From: a virus
Virus record (IMG/VR): IMGVR_UViG_3300021425_003021
Span: 1-64,000 of that record
DNA length: 64,000 bases
Strand: one strand, 5' to 3'
In this document: positions 40,201 through 48,109 of the stretch, one piece after another
Numbering within the stretch: the stretch's first letter is position 1
Layout of the letters: each line of letters opens with the position of its first letter
Program-made: the position numbers and the translations under genes
Notes under the pieces: model-generated
What the model saw: only the letters and a program-made list of their open reading frames with translations
What the model was told of the DNA's origin: nothing
The model's database searches: none

Positions 40201-41999
40201 CTGCACAAAACAGTATTATTACATATACATTGTACAACGGATCGGGTCAACAGTATAGTCAACTTGCAATTGATGATACATTTGATACCACTGTATCAAC
40301 TAATAGATCTCATACATTTGGTGTTAATGGTGCAGTAGCATTGCCATTTAATAAGAAACCATATAGTCATAATATACTTGTTAAGCAAGGTGATAGATTC
40401 TTAGATGCAGGGCATAGTATTAAACATACCATGACATCAGAAAGAGTATATGCAGTCGATAACTGGCAGTTTGAAGATCAGACTTCTATTAGACAAAATG
40501 ATGTATTAGTTTATATTAACGATAAAAAAATTGATCCTGTAAATTATGTTTACAGCACAATTGATGCTAGATTGGAATTAACAACAAGAGCAGTAGGTAA
40601 ACCTGGCGATATCTTAAAAATATATTTTATTAATAATGCAGAATATTTCTTTGTAGATACAGAGGTAAAATTGTCTAATGCAGGAACATTAGTTGATTAC
40701 GAACCTTTAGATCAAATTAATTTTGAACTTGGTGATAGTACAGGTGTTATTGCTACAGTGCAAGAATACAACAAAGTTAATAATGATGTTACTATTAAAT
40801 TACAAGGTTACGTAAGAGATTTGTTTATACTTGCAGACAAAGACGATCAACCTACTTTGTATTTCGATGATAGCACTAATTTTAAAATTGATAGTGTAAA
40901 AGTTGTAGAGAGTGATCGTTTGAGTCTCAAAGAAATACCCGACGAAGATGTTAAAATCTATGTATTCTCAAATCACGATACAAATGAGTTTGAAAGATTA
41001 AGTTTAAGAGTAAGATACAGTGATGCAAATGCACCAGTTGGTTCTGACAATTATATTGCAAAAAATCTATTATCAAGAGGCGAAATTCAATTAAACACAA
41101 AAATACCAGGTCCAGAATACGCCTGGGTATTTGTAAATGGCAAATTCTTAACTTCACAAAGTGATTACATTTTATCTGATAACAGAGAAATTATAATCCT
41201 AAGTGAACAACCAAATGAAAATGATTTAATTGAAGTATTGTACTTTACAGCAGATGTAAGTAATAAGAAATTTGCATTTAGAATATTCAAAGACTTGTTA
41301 AACAGATATCATTACAAACGAATAAACAGCAACAGAGAATATGAACTAGCAGCCGATCTTAATTGGTTTGATCTAAGTATTGTTTTAAAAGATTCTGAAG
41401 GTTTAGATGAACCAAACAAAGAACTTGCAATACCTGGCATTATTTTTGTAAATGGTGAAAGAATTGAATATTTTGTAAAACAAGGAAATGTCCTAAGACA
41501 ATTACGTAGAGGTACATTAGGAACAGGAATTAAAGAAGTACACGCAAAGAATAGCAGAGTATTCCATCAAGGAGTTAGCGAAACTATTCCGTATCAGGAT
41601 ACAACTTATACGCAACAATTTACAGGTGACGGTACACAAACAACATTTAATTTAAATTGGACACCTGCAAGTGTAAATGAGTTTGATGTATTTGTTGCAG
41701 GTACTAGATTGAGAAAAGCAACGCCAGTTGATCCAAATAATACAACAGCTGATTATAATTATTATGAATATAATCAAACATTAGATCAAGATAGTCCAGG
41801 CGGCGACGAAATAATAGCTGCCGAATTTACAGTTGAAAACAATGTTTTAACTTTAAATACAGCACCATTGGACAACACTGAAATAAAAGTTATTAGAAAA
41901 ACTGGAAAAATTTGGAATGACGATGGAGTAAGTTTAGCAAGTAGCAAAAATACCATTGCTAAATTCCTAACAGATAGCACATATAAGCTCGCCCGATAA
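28233..41999 (+). CDS. Giant baseplate wedge / virion protein (gp7-like, 4588 aa, multidomain)
   Basis: Follows gp6; starts LPRFFRT..NKKFL. Contains FG-GAP/propeller-like, CBM5/12-like and FTGDG Ig-like repeats; YVNEVKPYSTKLR. Confidence 0.75.
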   Translation: MAYNDDQNEYPLPAGNNKKRTSVEQLPRFFRTPQNKKFLSSTLDQLTNPGVIEKINGFVGKREAKAVSVLDNYLDDVTKERQDYQFEPVSVYEDFLGSTKYYADYNDYIGLLKTYNANTNNHSALNEQEYYAWNPNINLDKFVNFREYYWLPNGPQEVAVPGQSNQVVSTYRVEVLEQDNDISLVFYPDGLTKNPNLNLYRGQTYRFEINSPNNPLTIALYRGVDPNERLDDSSILNQTYTEGVTLIPDPDDTLLNQQDFVSDDYIEKGVLEFTIPENAPDTLYFVSQYDLNISTRLIIADISENSSIDVENEIIGKKTYTTSDGWKFSNGMKVYFTGNVVPEKYASGIYYVDGVGDEIKLISTEDLQVPAIFTNDSKIPFDANGFDRVPFSDAKSFAGTKDYIVVNKASADRNPWARYNRWFHKDVITKSADLNNQPAVLDESQRAKRPIIEFDKGLKLFNFGSKAKTNIDLIDTYTNDVKSKIEGQPGYSIDGVELAEGMRVMFTADADSFVYGKIFQVKFFEFKGNSQISLVETDDTIPYENETVLITSGNNNAGNMYWYDGSQWKLGQAKTGINQAPKFDLCDEDGNSFSDDIIYPNTDFTGNRVFDYRLGEGINDSELGFPLTYKNINNTGDILFNFSLLSEDFTYEVLNTVITKKTSTGFLKKYDIDGNNFEYINGWIKAPMLSKQYVIRKYTGQERTNGFKVDVFDQSALLDDLKVVVYVNNLLKSNGVDYSLAADSNNNRIINFGNDLNVDDVLVIKAHSKASKNSKGYYETAHNFERNPLNHDITEFTLGEVTDHLDSAVIEIESFQGNQPGSNNLRDLGDIKPFGRKFVQHSGPINLPLFCISNKENNLVASLNFAKNEYSKFKRAFIQEAENIDISGSVKEQVDQVLLSLAKDKKSTMPFYKSDMLGIGASKKIEHIVLDPDLKFYALSNVFTLTTLSEKAVSVYVNDTQVCHGLDYTFTNEGFIQFVDTFNLQEDDRIDIFEYETTNGSYIPQTPTKLGLYPAYKPEIFVDTTYKTNQTVIRGHDGSIVIAYEDYRDELLLELEKRFYNNIKVSYDTSVFDIYDYISGEYRNSKVSKQDLNRILIGDFIKWASKAGNPDYTDNSFVQETQTFTYNYGFGSSKNNKPLSGFWRGIYMDAYDTDSPNLRPWEMLGFSVKPSWWESKYGPAPYTKDNLVLWNDLEKGIIRSSDTLRTDKRFIRPGLTKHIPVDSSGNIVSPLNSGYVNEFSFAIQNGKSFKFGDHTPAETAWRRSSEYPFALLKAIMLNRPAQVVGVAFDKSRIKRNINGQIVYQGDESRRLKLSNLKFVNSDTRNNVLTGGLVNYIYDYMSSDVTTQYENFTTKLTNLKQKIAFKLGGFADKEKLKLVLDSKNPSNKGNVFVPFENYKIDLIESSPLQTITYSGVIIEKQTNGFKISGYDRENPVFTYSTPIVSNNDISINVGGISESFLFWSENKQYVAGKIVRYQNNYYRVNINHTTADVFDPSFYTPLKELPVIGGATGTLRKNFSNVTATLDYGTVLSTKQEVVDFIQGYDHYLKSQGFVFDYFNRETEAVENWVLSVKEFLFYTTQNWAVGTIIALSPAANSLNFFKEYYVIDNVKENIFNYKILNLDGTAIKDINISINRDSGNAVEILPATAEDGIYFCKLGLVQKDHSVILDNTTVFNDTIYSPSSGYRQERIKVVGYRTDEWNGNLNIPGFIYDQADVTEWEQWKDYALGDLVKYKEFYYSANTFVSGSADFEINNWNRLDEKPESGLKTNFDYKANQFADFYDLDTDNFDSEQQRLAQHLIGYQKREYLNNIIEDDISQYKFYQGFIQEKGTLNSLTKLFDKLGSADKESLEFYEEWAIRNAQYGATDVFDELEYKLDETKFRIEPQIIELVNTVNNNRTDLVYEIPESKVYIKPENYSTTPFPQKWSTEEYTKTAGYVSLDQVDFIAKTPTDILALDINNVRIDDIIWVTSEKNSWNVYQHILVPNRVLSFTKTDTGFDLQFDSIPEIEAGEIFGLKFVDDGVDGFYKAATVSSTVVSVTADVTSEDFYDLSDSTNGAITKLLSKRYDTPDGVNNDLNTYGLNKNNKIWIDNVSDNKFGVFENNKIFDGKDEIINREAGDSDFGSSFAVNDVNSIFAVGKPEDQKIYIYTRSSESLRLNFIQEIEMPVGYHDNASGFGQKIKFSYDGQFMFVAAPLASNVKTKYKGEAESAFPILAGDIVSDRGTLWQAKVDTEDDSSSINVNSQDWKQVYKIPADVDGSSSGLSNQGVVYVYKKQLDNSYYLLEQFVSNEPTANEKFGIGLETAFTTDEIYKLYVRSEGNNGRVYIYDTTYLNLSFEGTVDPLFRGSHDNFHSYVKNEIVQFQNSLFRALVDIPSGGNDPTDITLWIEIEANIDRFGFLPYSNTIEGDNDSTAFNNTNQAGKNIDVSSNGEVLTFTAYNTVTEEYQVNVYRIEEGRYAFYEVITAPQTDILWGESLAISDDGKYIAVGANSADVSSDRNTGIDKGLVYIYKYNDTSLSFVNTQTLQAPNSTKNERFGYKLDFSDDKLCVIGINGLNVGSTLFDNDETIFDNRSTQLFDFSTKRPQAYTYELLNDIYTVSEVLDYESYYEDPVTLQKLERDLSLADDVELVYQKNHLYLGFKGLDTGDNKTGLIFDLRADRDVTNWNTLGAATDFLDYEKMRGAFLYDNVTSDLITYIDFIDPIQGKIANAAERELKYKLYYDPAVYNIGSTSTGLVNPWGSESVGDLLWDLSAVKWYNPYQKNSEYSANTWNKIIPGYSVDIYEWVESDLLPEEWDEIADTTEGLAQGVSGLSRYGNTRYVRKNVYDPISGLFSAKYYYWVKNSKVLPAIETRNLSASAVSSLIEDPAGNGYRFLAMFGSDNFAIYNCRSLIKDEDTILHFEYYKTEEVKINNLHREYNLLTEGLATSQPNDRLVNKWIDSLVGYDEQKTLLPVTTLSPARRYGILDQPLQTMFVNRTEALKQVIERINLVLAKNLIVDEYDISKLSSKDPVPNTVSREYDTIVENETLLRFVGTSKIKQAVLDVEITDGRLTNVEITEPGRGYIDPAFDSTKDTKRRGPKVTIQGTGTGAKIETFINNLGQVIEANIVNAGKNYSNTTVITVRPFTALIQTDTTLLGFWSTYIWNTTEKEWVRVNNQGYDASLYWQYIDWYAEGYSSETAIDYLVPGSYALGGLEDNLGDIVKIESIGTGGWLLLRKIDNQLEVDYTVNYETIGRQNGTLEFSRLLYSNEKFGFDKAVYDSALYDRDAGEEVRIILNAIQDDIFVDELAVEWNKLFFSSVRYALSEQPNIDWIFKTAFIKAKHNVGALEQKTTYKSDSLESYNEYVNEVKPYSTKLREFVSAYENIDPTQTVVSDFDLPPRYDVNAAKIISENPQVIDSEIRNYSSFVTTYPQRNWFDNVGFEITDIKIISGGSGWTSSPKVTISGGGGPTITGRTTLSGDKITGIVVDTSKAKYITTPDITFSGDQTDGTDARAIAYLGNSPVRSTHMLIKFDRITGSYFVTDLDVTENFVGTGSKIEFVLKWPMNLTPSKTKILVNGVEQLSNAYSVENVLDDTVNYTRYYGKIVFTVAPENNAVIVVEYDKDVNYLSAADRINFFYNPETGQFGKELAQLMDGVDYGGVQIDTAFFGGKTGFDNGDLFGSTEFDVFNGNAEDEIFLLDGSTKTITVSEPFESGVEYNIYYKSATAGLNDNPIRIDDPDYGQPSLQNDDAIMVTIVGDGITSTFEIDEDQLVTKDGDTIIVRKATSDGSVTPSGVVFDTQLTGGDLTNIAGKFSTATGIDSGDIVIDGDDFVSAASNRGPEENVPGQILDTVDIQVFERVNKGQGAITVQNFRTDGISAEYTVENLPATQDSVIVKLDNVVLDPSQYEIDYVEKVLRISDSSLLPVGKHLSLLTIGTNGSNIIESDTFTGDGRTDTFITYYKFEQNITAVVAIDGVVTTNFALDKSGPEYGDNANKVMIMLGDPPAQNSIITYTLYNGSGQQYSQLAIDDTFDTTVSTNRSHTFGVNGAVALPFNKKPYSHNILVKQGDRFLDAGHSIKHTMTSERVYAVDNWQFEDQTSIRQNDVLVYINDKKIDPVNYVYSTIDARLELTTRAVGKPGDILKIYFINNAEYFFVDTEVKLSNAGTLVDYEPLDQINFELGDSTGVIATVQEYNKVNNDVTIKLQGYVRDLFILADKDDQPTLYFDDSTNFKIDSVKVVESDRLSLKEIPDEDVKIYVFSNHDTNEFERLSLRVRYSDANAPVGSDNYIAKNLLSRGEIQLNTKIPGPEYAWVFVNGKFLTSQSDYILSDNREIIILSEQPNENDLIEVLYFTADVSNKKFAFRIFKDLLNRYHYKRINSNREYELAADLNWFDLSIVLKDSEGLDEPNKELAIPGIIFVNGERIEYFVKQGNVLRQLRRGTLGTGIKEVHAKNSRVFHQGVSETIPYQDTTYTQQFTGDGTQTTFNLNWTPASVNEFDVFVAGTRLRKATPVDPNNTTADYNYYEYNQTLDQDSPGGDEIIAAEFTVENNVLTLNTAPLDNTEIKVIRKTGKIWNDDGVSLASSKNTIAKFLTDSTYKLAR

Positions 42000-42018
42000 A
42001 TACAATAAGGATAGTATT

Positions 42019-42624
42019 ATGATAGAAAAAGAACAAAACGGTGTACATATAGAGGGTCATATTAAAATATTCAACCCTGAATCAGGATTTGTGTTTGTTG
42101 ATAAACGCAATGCAATTCACTATGAAAACATGAGTATTAGTTTAGCAGAAAGTCTAGGCAATATTGGACAAGGTTTTATCAGTGAAATGAGTTTTGGTAA
42201 TGGTGGAACCATTGTTGACCCAACTGGAATTATAACCTATTTGACACCTAATAGCACTGGAACAAATGCTAGTCTTTACAATCAAACTTATACAAAAGTT
42301 GTTGACAATAACAACGTTAATAATACTGATCCTACAAGAAATAAAATCGAAACTCGTCACGTAAGTGGTACAAACTACACCGATATTGTTATAAGTTGCT
42401 TGTTAGACTACGGTGAGCCTGATGGACAGGATGCATTTGATACTGCCGCAGACACTGAACAACAGTATGTATTTGATGAATTGGGATTAAGAGCTTATTC
42501 ACCAAGTGGTGCAGGTAGACTAATTACACACGTTATTTTCCATCCGGTACAAAAAAGTTTGAATAGGTTAATTCAAATTGATTATACTGTGAGAGTTCAA
42601 AGCCTTAGTGGAGGAAATAGTTAA
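42019..42624 (+). CDS. Baseplate / fibre-attachment protein
   Basis: GHIKI...KRNAIH..MSFGNGG...FDELGL....LITHVIFHPVQKS; TAAATA at 41997-42002. Confidence 0.6.
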   Translation: MIEKEQNGVHIEGHIKIFNPESGFVFVDKRNAIHYENMSISLAESLGNIGQGFISEMSFGNGGTIVDPTGIITYLTPNSTGTNASLYNQTYTKVVDNNNVNNTDPTRNKIETRHVSGTNYTDIVISCLLDYGEPDGQDAFDTAADTEQQYVFDELGLRAYSPSGAGRLITHVIFHPVQKSLNRLIQIDYTVRVQSLSGGNS

Positions 42625-44651
42625 TGGCATATGAAATTCCATTTACAGACGAAGCCAATAAAGGCACAATTACAGTTGAAGATAGTAGCATAAACACAGA
42701 TACAAGTGTGCAATTAATCGGTAGAAATTTAGCCGACTATGGTAGTAGTTTGAACACTAATTTCTTGCATATGCTAGAAAACTTTGCAGATGCAAATCCA
42801 CCTGCAAATCCTGTTGAAGGGCAGTTATGGTACGATACTACTGCTGGCATCGACCAGTTGAAAATTTATGATGGTACGCAATGGGTAGCTGCCGGAGGTG
42901 TAAAAAAGTCAGCAGTGCAACCTGCAATAGACAACAGTGTGGTTGGAGATATTTGGGTTGATACTGAAAATAGTCAAATGTACATTTACACGGGTAGTGG
43001 TTATGTTTTAGTAGGACCGCAATATAGTTCTGCAGAAATTACTGGTGCAATATCTCTTGAAGTTGATAGGGCAGATGATGGTCCTAAGAAAAAAGTAACA
43101 GCAATATACAGTGAAAACGTAATTGTTGCTATTGTAAGCGACGAAGATTTTGCACCAAAAAGTAATGTTGCTGGTTACACTTCAACCTATCCTTTTAAAA
43201 TCGGTATCAATTTAAATAGGTCGCTAACTTCTATTTTAAACGGCACAGCAGATCGAGCAAATAACATGGTTATTAACAATTTGCCAGTGCCTGGTACAAG
43301 TTTTGTAAGAAATGATGCAGAAGCTGGCAAACAAACTCTTAATGTTCCTTTAAGAATCAGCGACAATAGAGGCATTGAATTTGGGTCTACTAAGAATCTT
43401 AGTATATTTGTAGAAGATGCAGATAGTGTTATTGAACATTTTGGAACTGGTACACTAGATTTAAGAACAAATGTAACGGCTGTTCCGGCTATTAGAGTAA
43501 AGCAACAAGAAAGTTCAAATGTAACCGGTATTAATAATCCAAGCCCTACTGAGGCTTTAGACGTTACAGGAAATTTACTTACTAGCGGTACAATTAAAAC
43601 ATCGGACACAACTAATTCAACTAGCAGTATAACCGGTTCAATAACAACACCGGGAGGTCTTGGTGTTGCTCGTGATGTACACGTTGGCGGAACTCTTACC
43701 GTTGCAAGCAATATTACAGCTGAAAATATTTTACCAGAAAATAATAATCAACAAAACATTGGTAGTAGTGCGTTATACTACGATAATTTGTATGCCAATA
43801 GAATTAACACAACATCAATTCAACCAAAAGCAGGTAGTAGTTTAAGCATTACAGGAACATTAACTGGTACAGCTACTAGTGCTGGAAAATTAAACAGCCA
43901 AACTACTTTTAGATTATCAGGCGAAGTTACAGCTGATAGTTTTACATTTGATGGACAAACAGGTGGACTAACCAAAACACTTGCAAACAGTGTAATTGAT
44001 CCTTCTTTTGTAACAAATAAAGATGAAATACCAAGCGATATTGTAGGCACAGACGAATTCTTAATTGCTAGAGGTAGTAGTTTATACAAAGCAACACATA
44101 CAGATGTTATTGGAAGTATACAAACTATTCCAATTGGAACTGTAAATGCATATGCAGGAACTACTGCACCTCCGGGTTGGTTAATATGTAACGGTGATCC
44201 GTATCAGCAAAACGAATATAATTTATTGTTTCTTCGTATAGGTACAACATATGGCGATGCAGGCCCAGGCACATTTAGAGTACCAGACTTAGCAGGTAGA
44301 CATCCAGTTGGTTTACTAGGATCACCTTCTAATAATAACAATAGAATTACATCAGGCACAGGTACTATCGGTAGTGTAAGCGGTAATCCTACAAGCACTA
44401 TTACTGAAGCTAATCTACCAGATCACGAACACGTTTTAGAAAGCGACACAGGAGATCAGTTTTATGCTACAAGTACAGTTGCAAGTTTGACAGGAACTGG
44501 AACTAGTGCAGGCGGCGCACCAGATACTGGTGCAAGTGGAACTAAAATCACTAATACAGGTGGATTACCAGCTGAAACCAATACACCGTTGGATACTACT
44601 GATCCGTTTGTTGCAATGAATTATATTATATACACGGGGCAAATAGTATGA
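42624..44651 (+). CDS. Tail fibre with tail-collar domain (gp10/gp12-like)
   Basis: N-terminal NFLHMLENFA..P..PVEGQLWYD; C-terminal IPIGTVNAYAGTTAPPGWLICNG...FRVPDLAGR...NLPDHEH...MNYIIY. Confidence 0.85.
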   Translation: MAYEIPFTDEANKGTITVEDSSINTDTSVQLIGRNLADYGSSLNTNFLHMLENFADANPPANPVEGQLWYDTTAGIDQLKIYDGTQWVAAGGVKKSAVQPAIDNSVVGDIWVDTENSQMYIYTGSGYVLVGPQYSSAEITGAISLEVDRADDGPKKKVTAIYSENVIVAIVSDEDFAPKSNVAGYTSTYPFKIGINLNRSLTSILNGTADRANNMVINNLPVPGTSFVRNDAEAGKQTLNVPLRISDNRGIEFGSTKNLSIFVEDADSVIEHFGTGTLDLRTNVTAVPAIRVKQQESSNVTGINNPSPTEALDVTGNLLTSGTIKTSDTTNSTSSITGSITTPGGLGVARDVHVGGTLTVASNITAENILPENNNQQNIGSSALYYDNLYANRINTTSIQPKAGSSLSITGTLTGTATSAGKLNSQTTFRLSGEVTADSFTFDGQTGGLTKTLANSVIDPSFVTNKDEIPSDIVGTDEFLIARGSSLYKATHTDVIGSIQTIPIGTVNAYAGTTAPPGWLICNGDPYQQNEYNLLFLRIGTTYGDAGPGTFRVPDLAGRHPVGLLGSPSNNNNRITSGTGTIGSVSGNPTSTITEANLPDHEHVLESDTGDQFYATSTVASLTGTGTSAGGAPDTGASGTKITNTGGLPAETNTPLDTTDPFVAMNYIIYTGQIV

Positions 44652-46543
44652 GTTATAGATTAAACAAAACTGACGGTACACTGTTAACTGAACTAATTGA
44701 TGGAAAGATTGATAACACAAGCACCGATTTAACGTTTATTGGAAAAAACTATCAAGGATTTGGCGAATTTTTAAATGAAAATTTTATTAAATTATTAGAA
44801 AATTTTGCCAATGTTTCTGCTCCATCAAAACCTATCAAAGGCCAGGTTTGGTTTGATACAACAGTTGATAGACTAAAAGTTTATGACGGATCTACATTCA
44901 GAAGTACAGATAGTAGTGTAATCAGTGGTTCTGCACCACTTGAACCTGTTACAGGTGACATATGGATAGATAGTACTAAAAACCAAATTTATTTTTGGGA
45001 CGGAACTGACTGGATTTTAATAGGACCAGTATATGATAAAACTCAAGGTCTTAGTGGACTAAAAGTTGAAACTGTAAAAGATACATTTGGTTTAAACAAA
45101 GTTATTGTAAAAGTTTTCGTTGGTGGTACACCATTGATGATTATAGCTAGAGAGTCTTTTACTCCAGCACCAGAAATTGCAGGGTTTGGCAGTTTACGTT
45201 TAGGAATAAATGTAAACAATCAGTACAGCACATTTGTATTTGATGGAATTGCAGATAAAGCATTAGCAATTACAGATGAACTTGGAACCGAATTTAGAAT
45301 AAATGATTTTGTCAGCGCAACCGACGAAGACGGTGACGATATGGCTGGTAGATTACGTATCAATACAAATGCTGGATTGATATTTGGTTCAAATACAAAT
45401 CATCAATTAAAAGTTACTGGTTCAAATGTTCAATTTGTAAACAACAATCGTGATGATAATTTAGAAATTAAATTAAAAAATATCAGTGGAGAATATACTG
45501 GACAGTTTTTTGATGGTGAAAATCGCAGAATTGGTATATTAAATAATTCACCTGCTTATACTCTTGATGTTACAGGCGATCAACGTATTACAGGTGACTT
45601 AAGAATTGAAGGCGATTTAACAGTAGGAACTATTGTTAATGAAGATGTTACTAGTTTAAGAGTTGCTGATAAAAATATACAATTAGCTATTCCTGACGAT
45701 AGTTCGTTGTTAGATAGTACAAGCGAGTTTATCGACGATGCTGGCTTACTAATCGAGACTACAGGTGGTAGTATTAAATGGACTTACAGAGTAGAAACAG
45801 CATCTTGGACAACTGAAGATAATATCAATATTGATGATCCAAATGGTGCTTATTTGCTAGACGGCACAGTTTTGATTGATCGTACAAGTATTGCATCTAC
45901 TGTCACTTCTGCACCAGGGCTTGTAAATATTGGTAGCCTAAGTTCTCTTACAGTTGATAACATAACAATTGATGGTAATCGTATTACTAACAGCACTGCT
46001 GATTTAGAACTTTCTTCAAATGGTCCTATAACAGTTGTAGGTGTATCACAAGAAATCAAAGGTGTAAAAACACCAATCAGCGGTAGAGCAGTTGTAGAAA
46101 ATCCATCATTAACAGAATCAGATGATGATGCAGTTGCAACAAAAGGATATGTGGATACTGAAATTGGCGCAAAGACACTGGTATTTGGAATAGATGTTAC
46201 AGGCTTGACTGTGAGCATTGGTACCGGAGCAAGTATAAATGCTGATGTAAAAGATATTTTAACAAGTTTAGTAGATCCAACTACTGTTCCGGGTAATACT
46301 CAAGCTGCTATCCACGGTACTTCGATTGCAGCAAGTGGCACCGATACAGCAGATGTAAACAGTGAAGTAAGTAAAAGCAGTATTGCAGTTGACAGTGCAG
46401 GTACACAAAACGTTAGTGTTTTACAAGATTTTACTATTGCTGATGTATCTATTGTTCCTACATTTACAGTTACAAGGTACACTATTAAATTTAAAACTGT
46501 TGCAGGAGTTTGGACACACGTTGAAACAACCGCATATACATAA
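44648..46543 (+). CDS. Tail fibre / baseplate fibre protein
   Basis: Same N-terminal module (IGKNYQGFGEFLNENFIKLLENFA..GQVWFD); DAVATKGYVD fibre motif. Confidence 0.8.
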   Translation: MSYRLNKTDGTLLTELIDGKIDNTSTDLTFIGKNYQGFGEFLNENFIKLLENFANVSAPSKPIKGQVWFDTTVDRLKVYDGSTFRSTDSSVISGSAPLEPVTGDIWIDSTKNQIYFWDGTDWILIGPVYDKTQGLSGLKVETVKDTFGLNKVIVKVFVGGTPLMIIARESFTPAPEIAGFGSLRLGINVNNQYSTFVFDGIADKALAITDELGTEFRINDFVSATDEDGDDMAGRLRINTNAGLIFGSNTNHQLKVTGSNVQFVNNNRDDNLEIKLKNISGEYTGQFFDGENRRIGILNNSPAYTLDVTGDQRITGDLRIEGDLTVGTIVNEDVTSLRVADKNIQLAIPDDSSLLDSTSEFIDDAGLLIETTGGSIKWTYRVETASWTTEDNINIDDPNGAYLLDGTVLIDRTSIASTVTSAPGLVNIGSLSSLTVDNITIDGNRITNSTADLELSSNGPITVVGVSQEIKGVKTPISGRAVVENPSLTESDDDAVATKGYVDTEIGAKTLVFGIDVTGLTVSIGTGASINADVKDILTSLVDPTTVPGNTQAAIHGTSIAASGTDTADVNSEVSKSSIAVDSAGTQNVSVLQDFTIADVSIVPTFTVTRYTIKFKTVAGVWTHVETTAYT

Positions 46544-46579
46544 AACAAATAAATACTAATAATAAACTGAGGAATATCA

Positions 46580-48088
46580 ATGGCATACATAATTAACAGA
46601 TTTAGCGGAGAACAATTGTTGTCTCTCGAAGACGGAACAGTTGATAATACAACTGATTTGAAATTAATTGGCAAAAACTATAGCGGATACGGCGAAGCTC
46701 AGAACGAAAACTTTTTGTTTTTATTAGAAAGTTTTGCAGGATCTACTAGTCCGTCTAAAGCATTAAGTGGACAGGTTTGGTTTGATAGTTCTGTAAATAA
46801 ATTGAAATATTATACAGGAACAAGTTGGAAAACAGCAGGCGGCGCCGAAGTATCTAGTGTACAACCAGCAGGACTTGTTGAAGGAGACCTTTGGTATAAC
46901 AGCAATACAAATCAGTTGTTTGCTAGAACAAGTGCTAATGAATTTATTTTGGTAGGACCTCAGGCTGCCGGTTCGGGCACAACACAATTGTTAAGTACCA
47001 ATGTTGCTTCTACTCCGTCAGATGTAACAATTCCTGTAATCATTGCATTGATAGACAATAGTCCAGTATATATGATAAGTGATGTAAGTTTTACTCCTAG
47101 TAGTAACCAACCTGCAACATTAGATGATTATGATATACCAGGACATTTTCCTACAGTGAAAAAAGGTTTAACATTAATTAGAACGCCTTCAACAGGTATC
47201 ACAGGCGTAGACGACGATGCAGCTACAGCTAATTTTTGGGGTACAGCCAGCAATGCATTAAAATTAAATGGTTTAGAATCTAGTAATTTTATTACCAGTG
47301 CAGCAGCAGGTCAACCTGTGCAAATTTCAGATGATGCTGGCATGAAATTCGGCGACAGTTTAGATTTTCAAGTACACGTTACTAATGGTAATGAAGCAAC
47401 ACTATCAAACACCATAGGTGATGAAATCAAATTTCAAACATATACATCTGGCACAGGATTAATTGAAATTGCAAGAATTCAAAACGGTGCCGACACAGGT
47501 TTTTTACCTAATATTGACAATGCATACAATATAGGATCTTTAACAAAAAGATGGAATACAGTTCACGCAACAACATTCTCTGGTACTGCAACTAAAGCAG
47601 ACAGTTTAGTTGTTGATAGTATTGACTATGCAGGGTCATTAACAAGCACTGCAAGCACTGTAGCAATAAGAGATGGAAACGGAAATTTAGTTGCAAATGT
47701 ATTTACTGGAACAGCTACTCGTGCTAGATATGCCGATTTAGCAGAAAAATACACAACTGGTGAAACAGAATTGCCAGCAGGAACCGCAGTAGCAGTTGGT
47801 GCAGATGATTGTTGTGAAGTAGTTCCTGCAAAAGCCAGTGATATGTGCATAGGTGTTGTTTCAACTGATCCTGCATATATGATGAACAGTGAAGCTGATG
47901 GACAATATATAGGTTTAAAAGGACGCTTACCTGTGCGTGTAAAAGGTGCAGTTAAAAAAGGACAACCAGTATATGCGTGGGAAGAAGGTGTGTGCAGCAC
48001 TGTGCAAACCAGTGCATTAGTTGGTGTAGCACTTGAGTCAAACGATAGCGAAGAAGAGAAATTAGTCGAGTGTGTCTTAAAGACATAA
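46580..48088 (+). CDS. Tail fibre with C-terminal autocleaving chaperone-like domain
   Basis: Same N-terminal module; YADLAEKY...IGVVSTDPAYMMN...IGLKGRLPVRVKG (peptidase G2/IMC-like); TAAATA at 46550-46555. Confidence 0.75.
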   Translation: MAYIINRFSGEQLLSLEDGTVDNTTDLKLIGKNYSGYGEAQNENFLFLLESFAGSTSPSKALSGQVWFDSSVNKLKYYTGTSWKTAGGAEVSSVQPAGLVEGDLWYNSNTNQLFARTSANEFILVGPQAAGSGTTQLLSTNVASTPSDVTIPVIIALIDNSPVYMISDVSFTPSSNQPATLDDYDIPGHFPTVKKGLTLIRTPSTGITGVDDDAATANFWGTASNALKLNGLESSNFITSAAAGQPVQISDDAGMKFGDSLDFQVHVTNGNEATLSNTIGDEIKFQTYTSGTGLIEIARIQNGADTGFLPNIDNAYNIGSLTKRWNTVHATTFSGTATKADSLVVDSIDYAGSLTSTASTVAIRDGNGNLVANVFTGTATRARYADLAEKYTTGETELPAGTAVAVGADDCCEVVPAKASDMCIGVVSTDPAYMMNSEADGQYIGLKGRLPVRVKGAVKKGQPVYAWEEGVCSTVQTSALVGVALESNDSEEEKLVECVLKT

Positions 48089-48109
48089 GTATATAAAAGG
48101 TGAACATAT

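Noticed and set aside
28233-41999. Intein or stop-codon reassignment explaining the giant ORF
   Set aside because: No intein splice or LAGLIDADG motifs noticed; genes across the window end normally at TAA/TAG/TGA under the standard bacterial code.
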